DNA of 64,000 nt, taken from Deltaproteobacteria bacterium (GTDB lineage Bacteria > Myxococcota_A > Polyangia > JAAYKL01). The DNA lies in assembly GCA_016936575.1 (NCBI GenBank), contig JAFGXQ010000045.1, forward strand, positions 70,664 through 134,663, read 5' to 3'. A program made the position numbers and the translations under genes. Position 1 is the first letter of the stretch, and every line of letters starts with the position of its first letter. The notes beneath the pieces are model-generated. The model ran no database searches, was not told where the DNA came from, and worked only from the letters and a program-made list of their open reading frames with translations. Shown here one piece after another: positions 18,788 through 28,789 of this stretch.

Positions 18788-20560
18788 CTACATGATAACG
18801 TCAGTCGGAGGCCCGTACAGGGTTGGACGCCACACCACATACCCGAACGCGGTCTGCCCGAAGTTGTATTCCCGCACCATCGTTTGAGAGGAATCCACCT
18901 CATGAATAATGGCCTGGTTGCTATAGGCAACAATTGTGTTGTTATTCGGCAATCGCTGAATATCACCCAGGGTGGGAGTTCCCATATTCGGTACACTGTA
19001 ACTCCATACAAGGCTCATATTTCCTCCGCCACTCATGCTGAACTCCATGCCAACACTGGTCAGATTCACATCGGTAAAAGTACCGGCATTATTGAAGATC
19101 AATAGATTGCCGTTATTCAGCAGCTGGTGCCCGTGCTGCGGTCCCCATGAACCATCATTTTGCGTCAGCCACGAGACATTACCGTTTTTGTCAAATGCAA
19201 CAATCTGATGATGTTCATAGTCGGATACGGTAAATAACCCTTCCGCCTCTGAATACCGCAAGGAATTGCCGTGACAGTTGGCCCCCCAGGTATTTGCGGT
19301 GTCATAAATCAAACTGGTGTTGCCGTTTACATCCAGCGACATCACTCTTGCACATGCGGTCGACATAATGCCGCCGGTGCTTGGTACGTACTCCAGATAT
19401 GCAAAATTGTTGTCGTCAGTCACTGTCAAATCATGCGCGGCGCCTGTCAGAGAGGTAAACTGTTTTACCTCCAACCCGTCCATCGAAATCAGTTCCACCG
19501 ACCCTGCGGTTCCATTGTTGTTGCTCGAAACTACCGCCATCCATTTGCCATCGTAGCTCATACGCGCACGAGTGCTGTCTGCCAGTGATGTGGCGGTGTG
19601 CCACCATACAATGTCGCCGTCCGTATCGGCAATAAATGCCATCGGATTCTGCATCCATGAATTTGCCGAATATGATGCGAGGACCATGAATCCTTCACCG
19701 GGTGTGGTCCCGGCATGACTATCGGTAACCGTTGCGGCCTGTATGGCATTGGTCACCGGCCCGGTCGTGACGTTGTAATCTGGGCTGGTATATGTATTAC
19801 CGTCAATCTCAATTACCACGCGCAAATGGTAGGTGCGTGAGCCTTTCATTCCGAGAAGCAGGGTTCTGAAATCTTGTGCGTGCAAGTCTACCGGCGCTTC
19901 CATTCCGTATGCGGTATCCAGACCGAATTCGATATAGGCGCTGTCGATTTGGTCATCGACATTCGTCGACCATGTGACAATCCCAACGGTGCCGATGGCG
20001 CTGCTGGTAGATGGGTTCACCGTAAATGTAACATCCGTGTCGCTGTCACTGTCAGCATCACTGTCGCTATCTGTATCGCTGTCGCTGTCGGCATCACTGT
20101 CAGTATCACTGTCACTGTCGGTATCGCTGTCGCTGTCAGTATCGCTGTCGGTATCACTGTCACTGTCGGTATCGCTGTCACTATCACTATCGCTATCGGT
20201 ATCGCTGTCGCTGTCGCTATCAGTATCACTATCGCTATCGGTATCACTATCGCTATCGGTATCACTATCGCTATCGGTATCACTATCGCTATCGGTATCA
20301 CTATCGCTATCGCCATCGCTATCAGAATCTCCGTCGCTGTCGGCATCGCCATCGCCATCGCCGTCGGAGTCACTGTCGCTATCGCCGTCAGAGTCGCCAT
20401 CACCGTCAGAATCACTATCCCCATCCGAATCACCATCCGAATCACCATCCGAATCACCATCCACATATACCACGTTACCTTCATCTGTCGTACAGCCCGC
20501 CAGTTGGATTGCCGCCAGTACCGCGCTGAGCCAAAGCACAACGAAAATTGAATATTTCAT
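18788..20560 (-). CDS. ASST-like beta-propeller lipoprotein with a very long (~150 aa) poly(D-S/G/T) linker
   Basis: Lipobox QLAGCTTDE, then [13 protein letters not shown]...[13 protein letters not shown] (~150 aa), then FN3-like and propeller parts with [19 protein letters not shown] and [12 protein letters not shown]. About 60% identical to 17348..18766 over the propeller. Confidence 0.45.
   Translation of the reverse strand: MKYSIFVVLWLSAVLAAIQLAGCTTDEGNVVYVDGDSDGDSDGDSDGDSDSDGDGDSDGDSDSDSDGDGDGDADSDGDSDSDGDSDSDTDSDSDTDSDSDTDSDSDTDSDSDTDSDSDSDTDSDSDSDSDTDSDSDTDSDTDSDSDTDSDSDTDSDADSDSDTDSDSDADSDSDTDVTFTVNPSTSSAIGTVGIVTWSTNVDDQIDSAYIEFGLDTAYGMEAPVDLHAQDFRTLLLGMKGSRTYHLRVVIEIDGNTYTSPDYNVTTGPVTNAIQAATVTDSHAGTTPGEGFMVLASYSANSWMQNPMAFIADTDGDIVWWHTATSLADSTRARMSYDGKWMAVVSSNNNGTAGSVELISMDGLEVKQFTSLTGAAHDLTVTDDNNFAYLEYVPSTGGIMSTACARVMSLDVNGNTSLIYDTANTWGANCHGNSLRYSEAEGLFTVSDYEHHQIVAFDKNGNVSWLTQNDGSWGPQHGHQLLNNGNLLIFNNAGTFTDVNLTSVGMEFSMSGGGNMSLVWSYSVPNMGTPTLGDIQRLPNNNTIVAYSNQAIIHEVDSSQTMVREYNFGQTAFGYVVWRPTLYGPPTDVIM
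20030..20460. repeat. ~430-nt in-frame tandem repeat array encoding ~150 aa of (D-S/G/T)n, including 5 perfect tandem copies of an 18-nt unit at 20223..20312
   Basis: Unit gtatcactatcgctatcg is repeated five times without mismatch. Degenerate 6/12/18-nt units flank it. Inside 18788..20560. Confidence 0.8.
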
Positions 20561-20653
20561 TCGTCTATTCCTTTCTACGTTCCTCCAAGCCTTCCAGATT
20601 TCGGTTGGAGAAATGCGATAGTTTCTTATTAATTGTATGACACGTTTTCGAAT

Positions 20654-21484
20654 TCAGGGACGCTCCAGATATTCAGTTGTAAAATATAAATCTTTTGTAT
20701 TGGGTATATTTTCTATCTTTTCGATTTTAAAAATTGATTTTCTGCCGTTTTGTTTGTTCGTCATTTCCATATACTTTGATCGATATCTTTTTTTCAACTC
20801 GTCAAGGCATTCAATATTTTTGCTTTTCAGCTCTTTCAGCAGCTCCCCTTCCAAATCAAAATACAGCGCTTTTCGAATGGTATATTCTTCTTTCGCGATC
20901 CAGATTTTCTTTTTTGAATACCCTTCGTCCTCAGCAACGTCTTCATTTTTAGGTTTAACTTCAATCAGCCAACACGAAACACCATCCACCGCTTCTTCCT
21001 TCAGTGTTCTAAACGTGTAGTCTGTCAGCGTCGGTGTGTTCATATCGGCGTATGAAAACTCGCTTCCCATAAATGCCTTGGAACGTTCTGATGTGACAAT
21101 CCGCCGGGTTTTTCTGAGTGCAGGCAGATAAATCCACATATCATCCCCTTTATTTTCATAATCGAACGCAAGCACACCTGTTCCTTTGACGTCCGCCGGC
21201 GATAAGAACCGATATACCCGTTTTTCAGTCTTACCGTTGTCGAATAGTTTGGTAACCATCGCTATCTTGCGCTCTCGCTTTTCGCCTTTTCCGTTCTGAA
21301 TAATCAGCTTCATCACCGCCTCAGAACCATCCAGTTTGCGCGACAATGCAGCGTTTTCCATAATTTCTTTTGCCGTGAGCGTCGCCCCTGCATCTGCATT
21401 CATACCAGCGGAAATCACCAATCCAACAATAACCCCCAACACAAGCATGTTCGAAAACAAATATCGTCCTACTCTCATATCCAT
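20654..21484 (-). CDS. Outer-membrane lipoprotein-sorting (LolA-like, DUF1329-type) protein
   Basis: 276 aa with a signal peptide. It sits immediately downstream of an MMPL/RND exporter, as is typical for LolA-fold partners of MMPL-family exporters. Family assignment is by context and overall composition. Confidence 0.45.
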   Translation of the reverse strand: MDMRVGRYLFSNMLVLGVIVGLVISAGMNADAGATLTAKEIMENAALSRKLDGSEAVMKLIIQNGKGEKRERKIAMVTKLFDNGKTEKRVYRFLSPADVKGTGVLAFDYENKGDDMWIYLPALRKTRRIVTSERSKAFMGSEFSYADMNTPTLTDYTFRTLKEEAVDGVSCWLIEVKPKNEDVAEDEGYSKKKIWIAKEEYTIRKALYFDLEGELLKELKSKNIECLDELKKRYRSKYMEMTNKQNGRKSIFKIEKIENIPNTKDLYFTTEYLERP

Positions 21485-21519
21485 TCTCCTTTTTATAAAA
21501 GCACTTTAAAACAAGTGGT

Positions 21520-23841
21520 CTACGCCGCGCCGGGTAATTCCTCGGTCGAATTTCCACTCTCTGTAGGCTCCAGAAATTTTGGTTTAAATACAATCACCAC
21601 TGCCGGCAGCACCACCAGCGCACCGATAAGACACGAGACAATAGAAACCACCACCAGTAACCCGAAAAACTGTACAGGAAAAAACTGCGACAGAAGCAAC
21701 ACCACAAACCCAACCACCACCGAAAAACCATTGAACAGGATTCCCCGTCCCGCCGAACGCAATGTTATTTTCACCGCATCCATCGGTTCCGCCAGCCTGC
21801 GTTCCTCGCGATAACGCCACAGAAAATGAATGGTGTAATCAATGCCAACACCAATCATAATCGATGAAAGCATCGCGGTAATCAAATTCAATTCAATGCC
21901 CCAATACCCCATCAACCCGAACAATATTGAAACAGCAATTCCCAAAGGAATCATCGAAATCAGCCCCGCAACAACCGATCGCATTACAGCGCCTACCAAC
22001 ACACCACACAGGAGAATAGACAAAAACAAACTCAACAACTGCCCCCGTACGATGTAATCCACCATGTTGGTAATCACATCCAATAAACCGCCCACAATCG
22101 TGAACGGTGCCTGAGGATGGGCATCAATGTACGCCTGTGTGTAATGGACCACATCGGTTGCCGCCCGGGTTCCACTGTCTCGTACCTGCGCAAGGATTTG
22201 CGCATTGCGATAATTGAAGTCTACGAGTTTATTGAAATCCTCAATATCGCCGCTAAGCGAGTACAGCAGAAAGTACTGCGCAATCAAATCTCGTTTGTCC
22301 GGAACTTTATCCGCAGATGCGGCGTTGTCGTTCATTACTCTGTTCATTCCGCGCACCATTGCGGCGATTGATGATGTGGTACCCACCAGTGGATGCTTTT
22401 TCAGATGCCTTTCCAGTTTATCGATTTCCTTCATCACCGCAGGGTCTTTGATGTCGCCCTTGGCAACGATCGACACATTCGCCCACCCTCCGAAATGTTC
22501 ATTCAACATATGGGTGGCGCGCCAAACCGGATCGTTTTTTTTGTAAAAACTCATCGGATTGCTGTCTACAACAATAAATGCCGCACCTGTTGCAAATGCC
22601 ACGAGCAGAACCCCGCTGATGATTAAAATTCCTCTGGATTTTTTTGACGCGACATCCCCTATGAAATTCAACAAGCGACTCATCAATGTCGCCACATCCT
22701 GAATCTTTTTTTCTTTTTTCTTCTTCGATTTCGATTTCGGCAATACTGCCAATACCGCGGGAATAAACACCAAGCTGCCCACCATTGCAAAGGCAACACC
22801 GGCAGCAGCCAGAATTCCCAGCTGCTCTGCCGGAATGATGATATGCGAGAGCAGACAAAGAAGCCCCACCATCGTGGTGATTCCGCTTGCCAGAATGGGT
22901 TGATTTAAATGCTGAACAGTCGCATGGGCAAGCTGCTTCGAATCGAGTTCCTTGTTTTCAGCACGTTCTTCCTGATATCTCGCCATAATGTGAATTCCGT
23001 AATCATTTGCCACAGCAAGAAGGATTACGGGAAGCAACACGGTGACAGTATGAATTTTCCATCCGAGGAACGCGAGCAGACCAAGCGCAAACACGATTGC
23101 CATCACTGTCATAATAAACGGCATCAACACGCCGCGTGCTTCCCGGAAACATAACAGCAAGAAAATAAACATCAGCACCAAACCGACCGGAAGAAAACGA
23201 GACATGTCCTTTCGAATATCTTTCGAAAGCTTCACGCGGGTAACCGGCATCCCACCAATTAACGCATCTCCGGGCCCTTTCGTCTGTTTAATCAGTTGCT
23301 CCAGCTGACCAACCACTTTTTCATCTGAAGCGTCCGTCGCCAGAAAACCGATAAGCACCGTGTGTTTGAAATCCTTCGATACGATGTTCCCGTACACCAA
23401 CTCATTTTCTTTTAAATCATGACGTAGCGTTTCCTTCTGCTTCTCGCTTTTCGGTATACGGCGAATCGCCTGTTCCACCACCAGCTCTCCGCATTCGGCA
23501 CTGATATGTTTGGCGGTGAAAAGAGTGATTACCCGATCGAACTCTTTGATATGTTCAAACTTTTTCGACATTTCCTTCAACCGGTGAATCACGTCGATAT
23601 CGAGAATATCATCGGCAGAAAGCACAATCATGATCATATCGGTTCCACCGAACAGCTTTTCAATTTGGGTCAGATTTTTTCGAGTGGGCAAATCCACAGG
23701 CAGTTGATTCTTCATCTCCGTATCCAACTCAATGTGCCGAAGTTGAAAAGCAGCGGCAACCGTAACTGCAACAAAAATAACGATAATCGGCCAGGGGTGT
23801 GAGGTGACAAAATTTGCAAAACTGTTCTTCCGCTGTTTCAT
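21520..23841 (-). CDS. MMPL/RND-superfamily exporter (two 6-TM bundles, two periplasmic loops)
   Basis: 773 aa. N-terminal TM helix, a large periplasmic domain, a TM block (GLVLMFIFLLLCF...), a second periplasmic domain, then a second TM block ending in VVLPAVVIVFKP. Layout is typical of HpnN/MmpL-like exporters. Confidence 0.65.
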   Translation of the reverse strand: MKQRKNSFANFVTSHPWPIIVIFVAVTVAAAFQLRHIELDTEMKNQLPVDLPTRKNLTQIEKLFGGTDMIMIVLSADDILDIDVIHRLKEMSKKFEHIKEFDRVITLFTAKHISAECGELVVEQAIRRIPKSEKQKETLRHDLKENELVYGNIVSKDFKHTVLIGFLATDASDEKVVGQLEQLIKQTKGPGDALIGGMPVTRVKLSKDIRKDMSRFLPVGLVLMFIFLLLCFREARGVLMPFIMTVMAIVFALGLLAFLGWKIHTVTVLLPVILLAVANDYGIHIMARYQEERAENKELDSKQLAHATVQHLNQPILASGITTMVGLLCLLSHIIIPAEQLGILAAAGVAFAMVGSLVFIPAVLAVLPKSKSKKKKEKKIQDVATLMSRLLNFIGDVASKKSRGILIISGVLLVAFATGAAFIVVDSNPMSFYKKNDPVWRATHMLNEHFGGWANVSIVAKGDIKDPAVMKEIDKLERHLKKHPLVGTTSSIAAMVRGMNRVMNDNAASADKVPDKRDLIAQYFLLYSLSGDIEDFNKLVDFNYRNAQILAQVRDSGTRAATDVVHYTQAYIDAHPQAPFTIVGGLLDVITNMVDYIVRGQLLSLFLSILLCGVLVGAVMRSVVAGLISMIPLGIAVSILFGLMGYWGIELNLITAMLSSIMIGVGIDYTIHFLWRYREERRLAEPMDAVKITLRSAGRGILFNGFSVVVGFVVLLLSQFFPVQFFGLLVVVSIVSCLIGALVVLPAVVIVFKPKFLEPTESGNSTEELPGAA

Positions 23842-23854
23842 TTTATTCTCTTCC

Positions 23855-25402
23855 CTAGAACGATAATTTCATTTCCGCGTATCCGGCGCTCTGCAACTGA
23901 TCGATCATTCCGAACAATGTATCATCAGGCCCCATGTACAATTCCGCACCTACGCTGACCGTCATATCGTCGACCAACTTGTACGCAATTTTCGGGTACA
24001 CCAACCACTCTCCGGTTGAAAAGTTCGCCATACCGAACGCCACGAGAGAAAGTGTGTCGTGCAGCGTTGTCCAGGTGATACGCAACGACGCACCGTGCTG
24101 AATCTTTTCTGTATGGCCGTGAATCAGCTGATTTTTTACCGCCAATTCCCGGTACGCCATATAACTTCGCGTTTCCTCCGGAATGAATCCATAATTCTGA
24201 ATCACGGTATCCAGATGATCCAGGTCCAAATCCATGGCCAGAGAATTGATAAATTCCTCAATGGTGCTGTCACCGTCCGGTACGGTTTCCCAATCAAGTA
24301 CATATCGCCCGATATATTGACCGATAAGCAACACATTACCGATTTCCTTGTCCGCTCCAAGTACATAGTACACATCAGGCTTCGGAACATGAATACGCTG
24401 GTCACGAATGCTCGGTTTCTCGGTGGGGTACCGAAACGCAGCCTCTCCTCGCAGTCCGAATAGAGAAGCAATCGTGGTAGAAAAATCGGCCCCCACCACG
24501 TGATGTTTGTATGCACGACGCGAAACCGTCACCGATGCCGGAACGTCTGTAAGCTGGTACGACTCGAGCGACAGACCCGGCGTTAAAGAAAAGCCGTACA
24601 AATACGAAAGCGACATCTCGAACGATGAGAAAATCAGATGCGTCTTTCCGGCAATCAATCCGTTCAACACATCAAAGTCAGGATACACCGGGTCGCTAAA
24701 AACAATAGCATCTGACAACGCCACTTTCGGCATTACCGACGGAACATATATGGGCATCCACACGACTTCCAAGCGCAATGGGTTCAAGTTCAACCGCGCA
24801 CGCAATCCGATGTTGGCCAAACGCCGGTCGTCTTCTTCAGGCGAGCGAACCCGAATATCGACAGGTGTGATACTATTTGTTGGATTGATGCCATCGGCGC
24901 GTCCCCAAACAACAATCTGTTGACCCAGCCTCAGTTCCAAGCGACTGAGGTATAGATTGACATACGCTTCACGAAGCATAATTGATGTGTCAAACTCGCC
25001 TATCGACTCTCCTCCGCCCGATCGTTCTGTAGGTTGTCCCAGATATGTTTCATCATTCAAGTACCCTCCTTTCAATCGAAGCTCGGCGAAACCGTCCGTC
25101 ATCCGTTCTTTCACCGCCCGTAACTTCAACGCCAGTTCCCCATACCCTGTTTTCAGCTCAGCCCTGGGCTGTCGCGGCATTTTTCCGACAAACACGTCGC
25201 CGCGGATGTAGCCGTTCAAATCGAATGTCAAAGGATTCTGTACGACCGTTTCGGTTGATTCCCCATTGGAATCCACAGGCGATGCAGGGGCGGTATCTGT
25301 TTCATTCCCCGAAACCGCGTCGTCGAACAATCCGGCCGAAGCGATACCGGGTATGTGCGCAAGAATAAGAAATCCAATCAGTGCCTTAATACCATGTTTC
25401 AT
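23855..25402 (-). CDS. Outer-membrane beta-barrel protein (DUF1302-like)
   Basis: Signal peptide. LRLGQQIVVWGRADGINP resembles the DUF1302 conserved block. Alternating amphipathic strands. C-terminal ...AEMKLSF with a terminal Phe (OMP signature). Adjacent to the MMPL exporter. Confidence 0.4.
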   Translation of the reverse strand: MKHGIKALIGFLILAHIPGIASAGLFDDAVSGNETDTAPASPVDSNGESTETVVQNPLTFDLNGYIRGDVFVGKMPRQPRAELKTGYGELALKLRAVKERMTDGFAELRLKGGYLNDETYLGQPTERSGGGESIGEFDTSIMLREAYVNLYLSRLELRLGQQIVVWGRADGINPTNSITPVDIRVRSPEEDDRRLANIGLRARLNLNPLRLEVVWMPIYVPSVMPKVALSDAIVFSDPVYPDFDVLNGLIAGKTHLIFSSFEMSLSYLYGFSLTPGLSLESYQLTDVPASVTVSRRAYKHHVVGADFSTTIASLFGLRGEAAFRYPTEKPSIRDQRIHVPKPDVYYVLGADKEIGNVLLIGQYIGRYVLDWETVPDGDSTIEEFINSLAMDLDLDHLDTVIQNYGFIPEETRSYMAYRELAVKNQLIHGHTEKIQHGASLRITWTTLHDTLSLVAFGMANFSTGEWLVYPKIAYKLVDDMTVSVGAELYMGPDDTLFGMIDQLQSAGYAEMKLSF

Positions 25403-25403
25403 G

Positions 25404-26873
25404 TCAGAACCTGTACGATAATGCGAGCGATGAAAAGTGATAACTGCTCACATATACTCCGCTATTCGCTGTGGCTGAGGGCTGTTCAGGATAGTGGGCA
25501 TCGCAATTGTTGTTATCGGTATACGGCGCCTCACAAAAGCTTCCCGGAACTTGTTGATAAATCTGTCCGTTACTTTCGCTCATTGAAAATGGAATTTCAT
25601 ATACATAGGTGTATGACAGGGACACATCAAATCTTCCCAATATCAATGTTGTGCCCGCGCTCGCACCGAGTCGATGGGTGGCGGGAAAATCCACATAGGC
25701 AAAATTCTTTCTACTCGCTGCTGTTTCATAGAATGTACCTGCACGTATAATAAGACGATTGTCTATCACGTTCATGTCACCCCCAAACCGCACACTGAAC
25801 GTGTTTTTCCAGTGTTTCGGTATGACAATCTCTCCGACTTCAACACTGACCCCCATGACATCAGCGTACAGTCCCTTGCCGTCGATGATGTATTCATCCA
25901 TCTGGGACCAGAACTCATAGCGAACATCAAGTTCCAAGTCGTACAGATCTCTCTTTCCGCGCAAATGAATGTATCTCGCACCTGCCCGCAGCTCCATCGG
26001 AAGGGTCATTGCAAACGTCACGTTGTTATCAGGATTGTCGTTTCTGCTGAGCTCCGGCGCTTCTTCAAGAGAAAGAAACACTGGTGTGAGCGAAAGCTCG
26101 CTGTCCGCGTGTAGATAAGTAGGAATCAGCCGTCCGGAAAACGCCAGTTGAAAAGAAGGCATTGGATGCACCCAGAATCCGAGAATTGCCGAAATCCCGG
26201 TATGGTCTGCGCCTTTCACAGTAGCCGCCATATCAAACAGGCTGGAAACCGGGCTGACCTGCCCGGGAGTCGTATCTCCGTTCACAATTAATTGCAATTC
26301 CAACTGTGCCAAATCCACCCACTGCAGACTGACCCCCACACCGAACACATCCTTGTACCGCCATGCCGCACTGAGGCTGTAATACAGAATTTTTGTATCC
26401 CGCCGTGTCAACATATAGCGCTGACCACCGTCTTGCGAAAATTCCTGCGTGGAAATACCGGCCGGTGCGTAGGTTCCCAACGCAAACGCCCAGCTCTGAA
26501 GGCCGAAATCCGTCGATACGACAATCATCGGCCCGAGCAACTGCCAAGTGTGCTCGTTATTCACAGTGTCAAATGTTACGTAGTCGGGAATACCCTCGCC
26601 GGCCTCGCTCCAGTCCAGTAAAGGCGCACGCCTGAATTGTTCATGCGCGTAACCGAACCGATTACTCAGATATAGTTGCGTGCCGTGTAGAGATGTCAAT
26701 CCCGCGGGGTTATATTCAATGGCGGTGGCATCATCAGCTTTAGCAACAAAGGCACCACCTCGACCAGCGGCCACCGCGCCCTGATCTCCCACCGATATTC
26801 CAGCAGACAACACATCATTCGAAAACATGACGATGATTCCCCCCAACGCGCATAGAACAATAAAAAAAGCCAT
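25404..26873 (-). CDS. FadL/OmpP1/TodX-family outer-membrane hydrophobic-compound channel
   Basis: Signal peptide (MAFFIVLCALGG...), N-terminal ...ADDATAIEYNPAGLT (NPA-type hatch motif of FadL), and a long beta-rich body ending ...LSYRF. Start moved to the internal Met to remove overlap with the upstream gene. Confidence 0.5.
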   Translation of the reverse strand: MAFFIVLCALGGIIVMFSNDVLSAGISVGDQGAVAAGRGGAFVAKADDATAIEYNPAGLTSLHGTQLYLSNRFGYAHEQFRRAPLLDWSEAGEGIPDYVTFDTVNNEHTWQLLGPMIVVSTDFGLQSWAFALGTYAPAGISTQEFSQDGGQRYMLTRRDTKILYYSLSAAWRYKDVFGVGVSLQWVDLAQLELQLIVNGDTTPGQVSPVSSLFDMAATVKGADHTGISAILGFWVHPMPSFQLAFSGRLIPTYLHADSELSLTPVFLSLEEAPELSRNDNPDNNVTFAMTLPMELRAGARYIHLRGKRDLYDLELDVRYEFWSQMDEYIIDGKGLYADVMGVSVEVGEIVIPKHWKNTFSVRFGGDMNVIDNRLIIRAGTFYETAASRKNFAYVDFPATHRLGASAGTTLILGRFDVSLSYTYVYEIPFSMSESNGQIYQQVPGSFCEAPYTDNNNCDAHYPEQPSATANSGVYVSSYHFSSLALSYRF

Positions 26874-26922
26874 CTGAAACTGTCGATGCGGCCGATAGAA
26901 CACAGTCACCCCTTTGCCTCTC

Positions 26923-27918
26923 CTATACCCCTGTACAATCCGCTGACATGGTGTTTCTGAACAACGAAGTAACATCTTCAGCTTCAAAGAAAGCCGATAG
27001 TCGATAACCGATTCGCCCATCCGCTGTCACACAGCTGGGTACGATTTCAGCTGCATCCATAATTCCGCGAAAGGTCGCCCAGTTTCCATTTTGCCCACAG
27101 GCGCTGGCGCAATAGCCCGAAATCGCTTCCACTGAAAACGATTCAAACGGATCTTCCGGCGGTGTCGGAAAACCGGTTTCCGGTAAAGCGCCGTCTTTAC
27201 TGCACAATCCGGCCTTGATACACATACAAATTTGATTGACCGACTCCTGCGGCAGGCACCCTTCAAGATGCCCCGACGAAATCTGACTACAGTTTTCATT
27301 AAAACCGAACGTAACATGCAGATCATGAATCGGCGTGCTGTTCGCGGGAGACAACAACGGCGCACACATCAGAGGATCAGTCTGCGGCCCCAAATGAAAA
27401 TATAACGTCTGTGCCTCGGTGTTTCTGAATCTGCACTGATAACCGTTTGACGGAATGACATCAACGCCGATATTCAACGATTCATCCATAAAACAATACG
27501 ACTCAATCGTCGAAAAATCATCGTTTGAATATCCGGTAGAAGGCGTGCGCCAGGCCGGGCCCACACTCAATTGCAGCCTGGAGAAGGCCGCGAGTTCGTC
27601 GTCATCGGCTTCTGCAATGTCAACCACGAACAGCACATTCAGCAGGTAATTCGAAATCTCGTATTCCCACATGCTGTCGAGTGTCACGTTCAGCCTGGCC
27701 GGTTGGTCAACGGTTAAACGGGTAAATCGATAGGCCCGGCCTGTCACGTCCTCGGGCGTGCAGTTGCACTGAGTATTCTCCCCTGTCGCATCGCCTTGGA
27801 TAAAGACATCCGGAGCCGGCGGCTCAATAATGTCCACACAAGCAACAACGGTCATCATCGCAACGGCCAATGTAGTTGTCAGCCTATACGCCTGCGACGT
27901 TCTCACCGCTCTCTTCAT
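26923..27918 (-). CDS. Hypothetical secreted lipoprotein (Cys-containing)
   Basis: Internal start MKRAVRTSQAYRLTTTLAVAMMTVVAC (signal plus lipobox). No recognisable domain. Confidence 0.35.
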   Translation of the reverse strand: MKRAVRTSQAYRLTTTLAVAMMTVVACVDIIEPPAPDVFIQGDATGENTQCNCTPEDVTGRAYRFTRLTVDQPARLNVTLDSMWEYEISNYLLNVLFVVDIAEADDDELAAFSRLQLSVGPAWRTPSTGYSNDDFSTIESYCFMDESLNIGVDVIPSNGYQCRFRNTEAQTLYFHLGPQTDPLMCAPLLSPANSTPIHDLHVTFGFNENCSQISSGHLEGCLPQESVNQICMCIKAGLCSKDGALPETGFPTPPEDPFESFSVEAISGYCASACGQNGNWATFRGIMDAAEIVPSCVTADGRIGYRLSAFFEAEDVTSLFRNTMSADCTGV

Positions 27919-27955
27919 GTGAAATACATGCTTACAGATTCGCACAAGGGTCATC

Positions 27956-28756
27956 CTATTCTGCGCACTCCGCACTTGCTGCTACGACTTCTGTCAACTG
28001 AAGACCTGAAACGACCTGACCAGTTACATTACTTGCGGTAAGATGCATGCAGAACAACTCGCCGTCATGTTCGCATTCTTCACATGCAAATCCCATCGTC
28101 GGCGCAGTGTTGCAAATCTTTTCAGGCGTGGGGTCTGTAAACATGATTGTAAACAGTTCGTAAATATCTCTGAAATCAACTGTGGCTTTGAGGGTACCAT
28201 CGATAAATGCATCTCCTCCGTTCACCAGAGACCCTGAAATACTCAAATCATGAATGGTTGCTACTTCGAAGGCACCATTTCCTTCAATAACGGTTTCCAG
28301 ATTTGTCGGACCAATCAGAAAATCGGGATTGTCCGCAATCGTGCCGCTGCACGAGGCCGTGGCACTACACATATCCTGCACACCGTCATTCATCGTTCCC
28401 ATCGAAGTCGTCAGCGCGGATTGAGCGATTTCTACAACGGTAAAGGCAAATATCGGAACATATCCGCCCAACTCCGCCCCCACACCGGACGGTGTCCAGT
28501 TTGCAGCCGGAATTTCATCCAGGGCATAGGTATTCGCCAAAATAACACTAACGTCTTCCAGGGGCGTTGCATCTAAAGTTTCGCTGGGGGTATCTGATTC
28601 CGAATCCACATCGGTTCCGCTGTCAGATGCAGTGTCACTATCGTTCGTGTCGATATTATCAGAATCATCGGCCTCATCCCCGGTTTTGTCGCCACAACTC
28701 AGCAGTAGCAGACAAAACAACCCTACCAATCCGGACAATTTCAATTGCGTTTCCAT
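27956..28756 (-). CDS. Lipoprotein with an acidic D/S/T linker (hypothetical)
   Basis: LLLLSCGDKTGDEADDSDNIDTNDSDTASDSGTDVDSESDTPSE, then a 200-aa domain with six Cys. Confidence 0.5.
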   Translation of the reverse strand: METQLKLSGLVGLFCLLLLSCGDKTGDEADDSDNIDTNDSDTASDSGTDVDSESDTPSETLDATPLEDVSVILANTYALDEIPAANWTPSGVGAELGGYVPIFAFTVVEIAQSALTTSMGTMNDGVQDMCSATASCSGTIADNPDFLIGPTNLETVIEGNGAFEVATIHDLSISGSLVNGGDAFIDGTLKATVDFRDIYELFTIMFTDPTPEKICNTAPTMGFACEECEHDGELFCMHLTASNVTGQVVSGLQLTEVVAASAECAE

Positions 28757-28789
28757 GTTACTTTTTCCTCCATTTGTTCTTCGCCGGTT

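Noticed and set aside
20030-20460. Possible CRISPR array suggested by regularly spaced short repeats
   Set aside because: Repeat units are 6 to 18 nt with no unique spacers. They are in-frame within a CDS and encode Asp/Ser/Thr. This is not CRISPR architecture.
19874-20621. ORFs 19874..20551 (+), 19974..20621 (+), 20017..20541 (-) (IAIGIT / SLSVSL / IAIVIP repeats)
   Set aside because: Same artefact over the 430-nt repeat array inside the ASST-like gene 18788..20560.
25404-27020. Track start of the FadL-like gene at 27020, overlapping 26923..27975 by ~100 nt
   Set aside because: The N-terminal 49 residues lack a signal peptide. The internal Met at ~26873 gives a canonical signal sequence and removes the overlap, so the shorter gene model is preferred.
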